DNA from: Paludibacteraceae bacterium
GTDB taxonomy: Bacteria > Bacteroidota > Bacteroidia > Bacteroidales > Paludibacteraceae
Length of the DNA: 64,000 nt
Direction: 5' to 3'
Assembly: GCA_045121435.1 (NCBI GenBank)
Contig: JBGVFY010000065.1
Span: forward strand, 2,953 to 66,952
Part shown: positions 36,050-44,467 of the stretch, one piece after another
Layout: the number at the start of each line of letters is the position of its first letter
Position numbering within the stretch: the first letter of the stretch is position 1
Translations under genes and position numbers: made by a program
Notes under the pieces: generated by a model
What the model was told of the DNA's origin: nothing
Database searches by the model: none
The model's input: only the letters and a program-made list of their open reading frames with translations

Positions 36050-37117
36050 TTATTGTCCAAGCACATTATACTCCTTACCATCGCGGATAATCAGCAATTG
36101 ATTATTGCGGATAACCTTGTAGGCGTTGGTAGTATTGCTTTGGATATTCTCAACTGCAGTTGTCTCTTTAGGGAAGCGAACAGCCACATCATCGTATGCA
36201 AAATAACCAGGAATAGTGAAGCCATATTTTCCACCCATATCTTCAGAATAAAGGAAATTGAAGCGCACCTTAGCCACCTCGCCCAAGGAAGACAGATCCC
36301 ATTTCTGCCAATCGGTAACAACCTCTGTGCCTTTTACTAAATAGAACTCTACTGAGTCTTTAGGAGTAGCATACGCGTCGGCATCTACATCATCAAAACT
36401 ATATGCCACAATCTTCAGCCACGCATCTTCTGTGAGTCCTTCCCAATTGCCTCCGAAGGTGTTACCTTCTTCGCTTTTAACGCCATTTACAAGCTGATTG
36501 AGCGTGTAGTTGGTGTTGATGACATACATGTGGTCAATTACGCGTTTCTCGCCATCTTCAAATCTCAGTTCGGGCAGATTCTCTATGTAGGTAAAGAAAT
36601 CCTTGTAGCCATAGTGAACGGCAAAATTTTTGCCTGAATGTGGCTTAGTTGGCACCATCATTTGAACACAGAACCAACCGAGAGCTCCATCAGCACCTGG
36701 CTTACCAGCCCATTGATCCACATAATCTTGACCATAAAAGGTTGCAATATGTTTATTTCTATCCTCATCATCAAAGCCTTCGCCCCAGTAGTTGGAGATA
36801 GCGTGACCGCCGCCCCAATAGCAGAAGGAGTAGTTGTCAGGGAAAGTATGCGCCAACTCAGTGTTGTTCTCGTCGTACCAATGGTATTCGGCGCTCATAT
36901 AATCCGCATAGGTCAATGGACCACCATACTGTGGGTCGTCGATAAGGTCTGACCATGTGGTGATGGTTCTACCCGCCCAATCATCTGCATAATCGAGAGA
37001 ATACTCGCTAAACTGTGCATCTTCGTCTTCGAAGGTTAAGACGCGCAACTCGTAGTCCTGCGCCATGAGGGCTACATTCATTAGGCATAAAGCCGCAAAG
37101 AAGAAAATCTTTTTCAT
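36050..37117 (-). CDS. exported DUF4465-like protein with short T9SS-sorting-like tail
   Basis: The 355-aa ORF has a signal peptide and contains YELRVLTFEDED...WSDLIDDPQYGG...HWYDENNTELAH. The tail is AYKVIRNNQLLIIRDGKEYNVLGQ. Confidence 0.7.
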   Translation of the reverse strand: MKKIFFFAALCLMNVALMAQDYELRVLTFEDEDAQFSEYSLDYADDWAGRTITTWSDLIDDPQYGGPLTYADYMSAEYHWYDENNTELAHTFPDNYSFCYWGGGHAISNYWGEGFDDEDRNKHIATFYGQDYVDQWAGKPGADGALGWFCVQMMVPTKPHSGKNFAVHYGYKDFFTYIENLPELRFEDGEKRVIDHMYVINTNYTLNQLVNGVKSEEGNTFGGNWEGLTEDAWLKIVAYSFDDVDADAYATPKDSVEFYLVKGTEVVTDWQKWDLSSLGEVAKVRFNFLYSEDMGGKYGFTIPGYFAYDDVAVRFPKETTAVENIQSNTTNAYKVIRNNQLLIIRDGKEYNVLGQ

Positions 37118-37144
37118 GTTGTTTATTGTTTTATTTAGTTGATG

Positions 37145-39196
37145 TTATTTATTCCATTTAGGTGTGATACCCACAAATATCTCGAAGTTGATACCCGGCA
37201 TTGGACGGGATAGAACGGAGAGATATTCTTCGTTGAAAAGGTTGTTAATCGCTGCTTTGGCAGACAAGTCCGCCCAATTAAACACAAATACCTTCTCCAG
37301 CGAGATATTGCTCATAAAGTATTGTGGCAGTTTGCCCGTCAGTGAAATATCGTTGGAGGACATGGTAAAACGCTCTGAATAATAGCACCACTTATACAAG
37401 AATGACCACCTGCGCCATGAGAGGCGTCCTGTGATGGTGGAAGATAACTCAGGCACATATGGCAATTGTTTGCCTACAGATTGGTCAGCAGGCGTGCGTG
37501 GCTCACCCTCGTTGATAGAGGGTGTCCATGAGAAGGTTCCATTGAGCCCTAACTGCCATGTCTTGCTAAGTGCCACATCCAAATCGGCTTTCAATTCCAC
37601 ACCATAGGCATGAACATCCTTGATATTATCGGGCGAGAAGAATCCCTTGGTAGTAGGAAGCCAAATAATCCAGTCCTTGATAAACGACTCGAACCAGTTG
37701 GCAGAACCACTTAGCGAATAGACTCCCTCTTTGCCTACAGCAAACGACAAGCCTGCATCGTATGTCCAACCGCTCTCGTGCTTCAGGTCGGGATTACCAC
37801 CAGGCAAGAAGTACAGGTCGTTGAGCGTAGGATAACGGAAATTGCGCGATACGGACGCCTTAGCCACAAGATTGCCTTTCTTGGATAGCACACCATCTAT
37901 AAAGAATGCAGGGATAACAGGTGTCCATTCCTTGCCATACATCTCTTCGCGAACTACTACAGATAGTCCAAGACGGTCAATAGGTCGCCACTTGGCAGAT
38001 ACTGCCGCAGAGAGTTCGGGACGACCTTTGCGATAGCCCACAATGGCCTTATTGCCATCTTGGCGCACGATATTCTTGTCTTCGCTCTCTACGATATGCT
38101 GGTGCAAGGAGACATTGGCAGTAAACAGCCACTTTTTACCAATATAATATTCTCCGTCCACCTGTCCGTAAATGGTATTGATACGGCTTCTGGAGCGAGT
38201 CATGTGTGCCATATTACCATTGCCCACATCACGCTTGTAGTCGTATGCCATCCATGTATAGATATATCCTGCTTTGGCTCCCAGTTTCCATGTCTCACGC
38301 AGGTGATCCCATGAGAATACTCCTCGAAAAGTCTGCTCACGCTGACGATTCTCAAATTCAGTTTCATCGCCATAATCCACCGTGAGCATTGCCAATTCGC
38401 GATTAGAGTTGATATACCATGCATTCAAACCGAATCGGTCGCCCTTACCTGTATTATAATAGACCTCCTGCAGGATATGCAAATCTTTGAACGACCCACT
38501 ACGATTGCGCTCAATCGGATAGTATTGGTCAATGATATTCATATCGTCGTCATAGACATTGATTTTCTTGTCGTGGTTGCGGTATTTGTAGTCGTTAGGC
38601 GATGAGGAGAACACTACGCGTGTGGAGGTCTGCCAATGGTCGTTGCCATAGGTAAGGCGCAGAAACTCATCGAAAGTCTTGAACGAACCTACACCTTGTA
38701 TATATTGCAACCCAAAGCCATCGGCATTGGCTGGGCGTGTGGATAGTTTGACCGAGCCACCTAATCCGCCACCTGTTTCGTTCACAGAGGATGTACCATG
38801 CAGGAGTGAGGCATCGTCGATGAAGTAGGACGGAATCATGGAGAAGTCCGTCATACCCAGCATAGGGTTGTTGATCTTCATACCGTTCCAAGATACTTGG
38901 GTATGCGAAGGCGATGTGCCTCGAAAAGCAACTGTGGAGAGCGTGGCGCGACCGTAGTTCTTAACAAAGATAGAGGAGTTGAAGGTCAAGACATCCGCCA
39001 TGGAGAGGGAGATATTCTCCTTCAGAACAACCGTGTCAAATTTAGTCTGCTGCACGCCTACCTCTTTGATAGGGCGTCTGGCATAGACATTTACATCCCT
39101 TATTTGAATATGTCTCGCTATATTATCTTGCGTATCAGTCTCTTGTGCACTTACCGCAAGAGGGATAAATGCTAATATCAGTATCAATTTCTTCAT
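37145..39196 (-). CDS. TonB-dependent outer-membrane transporter (BtuB-like)
   Basis: The start is set at MKKLILILAFIPLAVSAQE. The plug region is DVNVYARRP...VLTFNSSIFVKNYG, with a C-terminal barrel. Confidence 0.9.
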   Translation of the reverse strand: MKKLILILAFIPLAVSAQETDTQDNIARHIQIRDVNVYARRPIKEVGVQQTKFDTVVLKENISLSMADVLTFNSSIFVKNYGRATLSTVAFRGTSPSHTQVSWNGMKINNPMLGMTDFSMIPSYFIDDASLLHGTSSVNETGGGLGGSVKLSTRPANADGFGLQYIQGVGSFKTFDEFLRLTYGNDHWQTSTRVVFSSSPNDYKYRNHDKKINVYDDDMNIIDQYYPIERNRSGSFKDLHILQEVYYNTGKGDRFGLNAWYINSNRELAMLTVDYGDETEFENRQREQTFRGVFSWDHLRETWKLGAKAGYIYTWMAYDYKRDVGNGNMAHMTRSRSRINTIYGQVDGEYYIGKKWLFTANVSLHQHIVESEDKNIVRQDGNKAIVGYRKGRPELSAAVSAKWRPIDRLGLSVVVREEMYGKEWTPVIPAFFIDGVLSKKGNLVAKASVSRNFRYPTLNDLYFLPGGNPDLKHESGWTYDAGLSFAVGKEGVYSLSGSANWFESFIKDWIIWLPTTKGFFSPDNIKDVHAYGVELKADLDVALSKTWQLGLNGTFSWTPSINEGEPRTPADQSVGKQLPYVPELSSTITGRLSWRRWSFLYKWCYYSERFTMSSNDISLTGKLPQYFMSNISLEKVFVFNWADLSAKAAINNLFNEEYLSVLSRPMPGINFEIFVGITPKWNK

Positions 39197-39206
39197 AGTA
39201 CACCGT

Positions 39207-40274
39207 TTATTTCCAACAAAAGGCACCAGGGATAATGCCTACATAAAAACTATCAACGGGTTGTCTATCCTTGGTATAGCGATAGACCATACCTTGTTGC
39301 ACATAGTCAATGGCATCGGCGATATAGACATCGCCAGTGTGAGGGCAGACCGTTAGACCATAATAGAGCGTTCCATTGTATGGCAAGAATGGTCGCACGG
39401 GTACGCGGTCGGCTGTAACATCCATCTCCCATACATCGTCGTTGAGCCAATAGATCTTGTCCTTTGTGCCGTTGAGTTGTACTTCGGATGGCCAGTCACC
39501 AAAATCAAACTTAAACTGCTTTTCTATGGTAAAGGTCTCTGCATCAATGCGGTAGAGTGATGGTGCTTCGTGTCCGTAGGGCGAGCCTTCGTAGCCGCCG
39601 TCAGTGACTGTCCAGAGTTTTTGATTGCAGTCCATTACGAGTGAAGTAGGCTGAATACCGACCACGAGTTCATCTACGACTTGGTCAGTCTCGGTGTCGA
39701 TCTTGAGGATGCGGTTTTGGTAAGACCAGCAGTTGACAAACACATACTTACCATACTGCACCATCTGTTCGGTAGAGCCACTCTCCATGGTCATATTGGG
39801 GATGTCGATATAGCCTGTGATCTCGTAGCGCTTGGGGTTGACGATGAAGATACGGTTATCCCAGATCTGTGTGATATATGCCTTCTCGTCAGAGAGGAAA
39901 TGGATATAGCGGGGAGATGTGAGGTTGGTGATTCGTCCCACCTCTTTGAAGGTGTTGATGTCGATGGCAAAAACAACGTGGGAATTGTTAACCACCACCC
40001 AACCGATACTATCGCGGATAATCATGGATTGTGCCACATCGCCCAGTTTCATCGCGTTGGCACGATAGAAGATCTCGTTTTGGACGGTCTTGGTGGCAGG
40101 GTCGTAGTACGAGAGGGTGGCATTGCCATACTGGAAGTTGCCTTCGTTGCAAATGAATAGTCCTTCGCCCGAGGCGTTGAACTCTTCCTCCAAGCCATAG
40201 TCCCACTCCATGCAGGCTGTGAAAGATAGGCAGAGGGCGAGTAGCGTTATAGGAATAAACTTAGTTGTCATCAT
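39207..40274 (-). CDS. YncE/DUF5074-like beta-propeller lipoprotein
   Basis: The 355-aa ORF has lipobox LALCLSFTAC and contains LFICNEGNFQYGNATLSYYD. It is paralogous to 46338..47555 and has a 4-nt overlap with the upstream gene. Confidence 0.7.
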   Translation of the reverse strand: MMTTKFIPITLLALCLSFTACMEWDYGLEEEFNASGEGLFICNEGNFQYGNATLSYYDPATKTVQNEIFYRANAMKLGDVAQSMIIRDSIGWVVVNNSHVVFAIDINTFKEVGRITNLTSPRYIHFLSDEKAYITQIWDNRIFIVNPKRYEITGYIDIPNMTMESGSTEQMVQYGKYVFVNCWSYQNRILKIDTETDQVVDELVVGIQPTSLVMDCNQKLWTVTDGGYEGSPYGHEAPSLYRIDAETFTIEKQFKFDFGDWPSEVQLNGTKDKIYWLNDDVWEMDVTADRVPVRPFLPYNGTLYYGLTVCPHTGDVYIADAIDYVQQGMVYRYTKDRQPVDSFYVGIIPGAFCWK

Positions 40275-42028
40275 TGCTTCTTCATGTTATAGTCATAGAA
40301 TCCAAATACTTCTGTGGATACTTCTCCGAGCCAACCGCTCTTGGTATTGACGCCTACTTGCACCTTGACAAAGTCGATGTAATTCAAGTGGATAGGTTGG
40401 CAGTCCATGTCGATAGCGTGGGAGATCTTGAAGTGGTTGGCATTGGCATCTGCACTGGCATTTTCCTCGCTAGTGAGGCGATCAATCGGGCTGAAGTTGT
40501 CGGCGTAACCCCAATCGTATTCCACATTTACCCAATAGCTACCATTGCCCGAGGCGTCGTAGTTGCGTGCTTTCAGGCAAGTGCCGGTGAGGGTATAGCT
40601 ATCTGCTTCTATCCATAGCGGATAGTAGTAGTCTTGGCGATGGAATTGCGCCAAATAGTCAACCTCGCCGCTATTACCAAGATTATCAGTCCATTGCACG
40701 GGCATTTTAGGGCCTGTAGGACGGTAGTAGGTTACGCTGTAGTTTTGGATAGTCTCTGCTTTGCCCGTCTCGGAACCTGCCAACTCATACCATGTATCGT
40801 CAGGCAAGCCATTGCCATTTTCGTCTTGCATGACCCAGATGATACCTGGTTCGGATGAGCCGCTGAAGGAGTTACCGAGAATTGCCAAATCGTAGTCACC
40901 CGAATTATCAATACTATGGTCAAAACCGACCACAATATAGCCACCAAAACCACCCAATGACACCCAGTTAGGGGATGGGTTGCCATTTCTATCTACCTCC
41001 GACATACGCGCTTCTGCATACGCGATAGCTGCTTCTGGCGTGGTCTGGGTGTTGTCAAATCCGCCTGTTTTCAACTCGTTGATAAACTGCCCTGGTGCAG
41101 GTGTGTATTCATAGACCTTGTTCCAATCTGCCTTGGATGTAGCAGTCTTGGTACGGTAGAAAGCACCTTCGTTATAGACGGTAATGATGAACTCGCGAGT
41201 GATAGATATTTGTTTGTCATCTTGCTGGGTGGTGGCAGTAGCAATGAGAGTGTAATTGCCTGCCTTATCGGCAGTAAACACAAATGACGATTTAGCCGTA
41301 ATTGGCTCGTTATCACCAATTTGCCAAGTATAGGTTGCGCCATCGGTATTGCTCGTTGCAGATGGTGCAATGAGCAGTTTACGCCCTACTACGGTATGGT
41401 AGGCGGTCGCAGCGAAATCCCATACCAGGGGGATGTCTTCGCTATTAACCACTTCGATGGTAATCTGATCGCTGTGTGTGCCATCTTCGTTGGAAGCACT
41501 ACATGCAATAGCATACAGCCCGAGAGCATTCGCGAGGAATGTATAAGACAGAGTATCAGATACTTGCTCGCTGTTGAGCGTCCATACAACGGCAGTAGAC
41601 AAAGAAGTGGCGCGCACGGTGGCGTTGAGTTTGACTTCTGCACCCAAAGCCACGATAAGGTTGTCGTTTCCTGCGATAGAGACGGTTGGGATCTCTAATT
41701 CGACTACATCAATGCGTATCTCCTCGGTGTCTGTTCCGCCATCGGTGGAGACAGTCAGCACAACAAAATACTCTCCAAGCTCCTCACGCATGAAGGTGAG
41801 CGAAGGCGCAGTGCCGATGACCTCTCCGTTCATAGTCCAGTAGAACTGGGCACTGTCCGCAAATTCGTAGTTAGGGGCGATGACGATTTCTCGTCCGCAC
41901 TTGACGGTGTAGATACCATTTTCACTATCCAAACGAATTGTTGGAGGATTGGGTACCGTGATTGGCTCGTCAATGATACATGACGAGAATAGCAGGATAA
42001 AGATAGTAAACTTTAAAAATCGCTTCAT
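40271..42028 (-). CDS. surface lipoprotein: 3 Ig/PKD-like repeats + ~290-aa conserved C-terminal domain
   Basis: The 585-aa ORF has lipobox ILLFSSC. Its C-terminal domain (YEYTPAPGQFINE...SLGGFGGYIVVGFDHS...SSEPGIIWVMQDENGNGLPDDTWYELAGSE) is paralogous to 45134..46441. Confidence 0.75.
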   Translation of the reverse strand: MKRFLKFTIFILLFSSCIIDEPITVPNPPTIRLDSENGIYTVKCGREIVIAPNYEFADSAQFYWTMNGEVIGTAPSLTFMREELGEYFVVLTVSTDGGTDTEEIRIDVVELEIPTVSIAGNDNLIVALGAEVKLNATVRATSLSTAVVWTLNSEQVSDTLSYTFLANALGLYAIACSASNEDGTHSDQITIEVVNSEDIPLVWDFAATAYHTVVGRKLLIAPSATSNTDGATYTWQIGDNEPITAKSSFVFTADKAGNYTLIATATTQQDDKQISITREFIITVYNEGAFYRTKTATSKADWNKVYEYTPAPGQFINELKTGGFDNTQTTPEAAIAYAEARMSEVDRNGNPSPNWVSLGGFGGYIVVGFDHSIDNSGDYDLAILGNSFSGSSEPGIIWVMQDENGNGLPDDTWYELAGSETGKAETIQNYSVTYYRPTGPKMPVQWTDNLGNSGEVDYLAQFHRQDYYYPLWIEADSYTLTGTCLKARNYDASGNGSYWVNVEYDWGYADNFSPIDRLTSEENASADANANHFKISHAIDMDCQPIHLNYIDFVKVQVGVNTKSGWLGEVSTEVFGFYDYNMKKQ

Positions 42029-42070
42029 ATTGTATATGTATGGTTAATACATTGTATTTAACCACACAAC

Positions 42071-42119
42071 AGCCGACCATCTGCTCTAAGGGAGCAACAT
42101 GGCAGGGTGATGGTCGGCT
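42071..42119 (-). promoter_or_regulatory. 12-bp-stem hairpin (possible expression platform/attenuator) 43 nt upstream of the first gene
   Basis: On the minus strand CAGCCGACCATC..25 nt..GATGGTCGGCTG is followed by ttgtgtggtt. Confidence 0.45.
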
Positions 42120-42250
42120 GCAATGTGGTAAGATAATCCACGAAGAAGAGAGCCGATTGCCATCAGATACAATAAACGGGTACTTGGTATATTCACCAAA
42201 TACCTATACGCGCGAGCGTACCGTAAATAATATTGAAACCTGTCTGTCAT
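42086..42250 (-). other. 54-codon uORF or gene remnant immediately 3' of riboswitch 1
   Basis: The product is MTDRFQYYLRYARAYRYLVNIPSTRLLYLMAIGSLLRGLSYHIAADHHPAMLLP. Its first 15 codons align with the N-terminus of 46338..47555 (MTSSFPYDCRYANAY), and its stop lies in the loop of the 42071-42119 hairpin. Confidence 0.35.
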
Positions 42251-42254
42251 GTCG

Positions 42255-42447
42255 TTGGCTCGATTCCCCGAGAGCGTTCAACTTCGCCAAATGTTTAGCG
42301 GCATGCAGCAGGTCTTCTGACTTATCGCTCCTTCTGTTCAGCCTTCCCAATTCGTTAAGAATCAGTGACTTTTAAGATATTGAACATCGGATTGCGAATC
42401 ACAGCAGCGGGACTGTGCAGGACTTTCACCTGCTTCCCTTCACTGAA
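42255..42447 (-). promoter_or_regulatory. cobalamin (B12) riboswitch 1
   Basis: The minus-strand RNA reads GAAGGGAAGCAGGUGAAAGUCCUGCACAGUCCCGCUGCUGUGA, and the B12 box AGUCAGAAGACCUGCUGC is at 42305-42322. Confidence 0.85.
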
Positions 42448-42454
42448 TGCGGTG

Positions 42455-42462
42455 CAAAGGTA
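42455..42462 (-). promoter_or_regulatory. -7 box TACCTTTG (riboswitch 1)
   Basis: The plus strand reads caaaggta, directly upstream of the aptamer. Confidence 0.6.
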
Positions 42463-42725
42463 CAACAAAAAATGCATATATGCAAGAAAAATGAGTGAAA
42501 ATTTACTTTCAAACGAATTTTTCTTGCAGATATGCTGCATTGAGCGAACGTAGCTTCGGGGGAATTGCTAAAAGCAATCGTTTGAGCGATTTCAACAATG
42601 ATGTGACCTCGAAAGTACAACCATTATTCCCGCAACTATGCAGCCAATTACGGGTTCTTGACGGGTTCATAACGGGTTGATAGTATCACATCGTTGGGCT
42701 ATCGGTGGCACTTCTATAACCTACC

Positions 42726-42746
42726 TTCCGCTTATCCACCCAATAA
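42726..42746. repeat. repeat family R4, copy b
   Basis: ttccgcttatccacccaataa. Confidence 0.8.
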
Positions 42747-43011
42747 GCATTCAGCTGATATTCCAAAGAGTGTAGCGAATCAAAAACTATGTGGCGGAAG
42801 TGGCGCTTTTGGCGGAAGTGGCGGAATATTTTCCGCCACCGCCGCCACTTCCGCCACGCTATTATTTTCCTTTTTGTCAAACAACGAATCCGCATAATCA
42901 GCTCAATACGAACCAATTATGCGGATTAATGATTTTAGGCATTGATTTTTCAGTAGAATTCTACGGACTTTTTATAGTTTGTCCGTGGGAAGTCCGCCGT
43001 GCGTCCGTGGA

Positions 43012-43076
43012 CAACCACTTCCGCATGGGTGTATTTTTTTAAAGTTTTCGCGTGCCGAAAGTTGTGCCGAAGGTTA
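43012..43076. repeat. repeat family R3, copy a
   Basis: acttccgcatgggtgtattttttt..gttttcgcgtgccgaaagttgtgccgaaggtt. The partner copy is at 48229-48293. Confidence 0.85.
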
Positions 43077-43101
43077 GTGGGAAAATTGTATAGATAGCAA
43101 A

Positions 43102-43398
43102 TTACTTTTGTATGATTTCCCAATGACCACTATAACCACTGCCAACAAATTTTACTTTATCTTCTAATTTCTTTAGATAACGCCCTATCGTCTTTGTGCT
43201 TACTCCTAACTGTTTGGCAATATCCTCTCTTGTTATATTGGGATTATTATAGATTAGTTCAATTATTGTTTGAGAGACACCTGACGGTAATTTCCATGTC
43301 GCGCCAGAGAGTTGATTGGCGCGAAAGTTGTTGATATTGTCGTTTTTATAAAAAATTCTTGTCTTTTCAGTCAGTATTTTTCGGTGACAATTGCGCAA
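43102..43398 (-). CDS. small winged-HTH protein, possibly a C-terminal fragment of a larger regulator
   Basis: The 98-aa ORF has a TTG start abutting the upstream stop. It contains ELIYNNPNITREDIAKQLGVSTKTIGRYLKKLEDKVKFVGSGYSGHWEII. Confidence 0.5.
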   Translation of the reverse strand: MRNCHRKILTEKTRIFYKNDNINNFRANQLSGATWKLPSGVSQTIIELIYNNPNITREDIAKQLGVSTKTIGRYLKKLEDKVKFVGSGYSGHWEIIQK

Positions 43399-43587
43399 CT
43401 ATGGTTGCGTTTTTGCTTCTCCTAACTCCAACAAGCACTTCCGGCAGAGGCATTGGTTGGGATATTGCTCAGCAATAGAAGCACGAGCAGAGGATGATAG
43501 TTGTACGCCTGCACATTGGCATTGAGCAGGATTCTCGTGCTGACAAATAAACGCAGCACCGCAACGAGGACAAGTTTTATGTTCCAT
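43399..43587 (-). CDS. cysteine-rich CWC-type small protein
   Basis: The 62-aa ORF contains CPRCGAAFICQ...CQCAG...CLCRKC. Confidence 0.6.
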   Translation of the reverse strand: MEHKTCPRCGAAFICQHENPAQCQCAGVQLSSSARASIAEQYPNQCLCRKCLLELGEAKTQP

Positions 43588-43590
43588 AAA

Positions 43591-43884
43591 TTACAAAATG
43601 CTAAGTAGCGTCAGCAGGCTGCTGAGGATGGCTTCATAGTGCACAAACAGCACATAACCGACTGCCATTGAGCCCGTTCCGCCGAGAAGAATCCATCGCG
43701 CGGCGTCCATGCGCATAGCCAATTGTTCCATCAGGATATATCTCCGAAGTGAGCATTGCAACTCGCTTTCGGGAGATGGCAACAGATTAATCTGACGGAT
43801 AGTGTCCGCCATAAACGCCTCGTTATCAGTGGGCTGTGGTGCGTGCGTACGCAGTTGTTTTTTTATTTTACGAGTTGTTAGCAT
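43591..43884 (-). CDS. membrane protein, putative anti-sigma factor (by position)
   Basis: The 97-aa ORF has a C-terminal TM segment and begins 14 nt after the sigma-factor stop. Confidence 0.45.
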   Translation of the reverse strand: MLTTRKIKKQLRTHAPQPTDNEAFMADTIRQINLLPSPESELQCSLRRYILMEQLAMRMDAARWILLGGTGSMAVGYVLFVHYEAILSSLLTLLSIL

Positions 43885-43898
43885 ATTCGTTTTTGTTC

Positions 43899-44393
43899 TT
43901 ATTCTTGGCTCAAAAGTACCTTTAGTTTCTTTCTCGCTCTGAAGAGCATTACTGCTATGTTGGCTTCCGATAGTTCCGTGATACGGTGTATCTCGCGGAT
44001 GCTTTTTTCTTCAAGGTAGTAGAGGATGATGACTGCTTTTTCGTTCTTGGGCAGTTGGTCAATGGCTCTGTACAACGACTGGTACAAAAACCGTCTATCT
44101 GCTTGTTCCTCTGCTACTTGGGTATCCACCGATTCGTAGGATTCTACTGCCACGCGGTGGGTTTGCCAGTAGGTATTTTGTTCGTTAAGGTATTCGTTGT
44201 AGGCGATACGGAATATCCATGTTTGCAGCGCCGCCCTGCCTTCGAAGGTCGCACAATGGAGATAGGCCTTGAGTATCGCCTCTTGCGCGAGATCATTGGC
44301 AAGTTCCTCATCGCCATGTGTCAGCACGAGCAGGAACCGCCGAAGGGATTCCTGCATGCCGCCAATGGCGGAGATAAACTGCTGCTTATCCAT
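43899..44393 (-). CDS. ECF-type RNA polymerase sigma-70 factor
   Basis: The 164-aa ORF has region 2 (WIFRIAYNEYLN) and region 4 (EKSIREIHRITELSEANIAVMLFRARKKL). Confidence 0.85.
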   Translation of the reverse strand: MDKQQFISAIGGMQESLRRFLLVLTHGDEELANDLAQEAILKAYLHCATFEGRAALQTWIFRIAYNEYLNEQNTYWQTHRVAVESYESVDTQVAEEQADRRFLYQSLYRAIDQLPKNEKAVIILYYLEEKSIREIHRITELSEANIAVMLFRARKKLKVLLSQE

Positions 44394-44467
44394 GATACTT
44401 GTTGATAGTAAAAGAGATTGCTATGATGAAAAACCTAATAGACAAACAGAGTTTATCAGTTCATTTA

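Noticed and set aside
36050-36170. Full T9SS C-terminal sorting domain on the 355-aa DUF4465-like protein
   Set aside because: Only the last ~25-40 residues resemble the terminal strands of a T9SS CTD, which is too short for a confident call. It is kept as a T9SS-like tail needing an HMM check.
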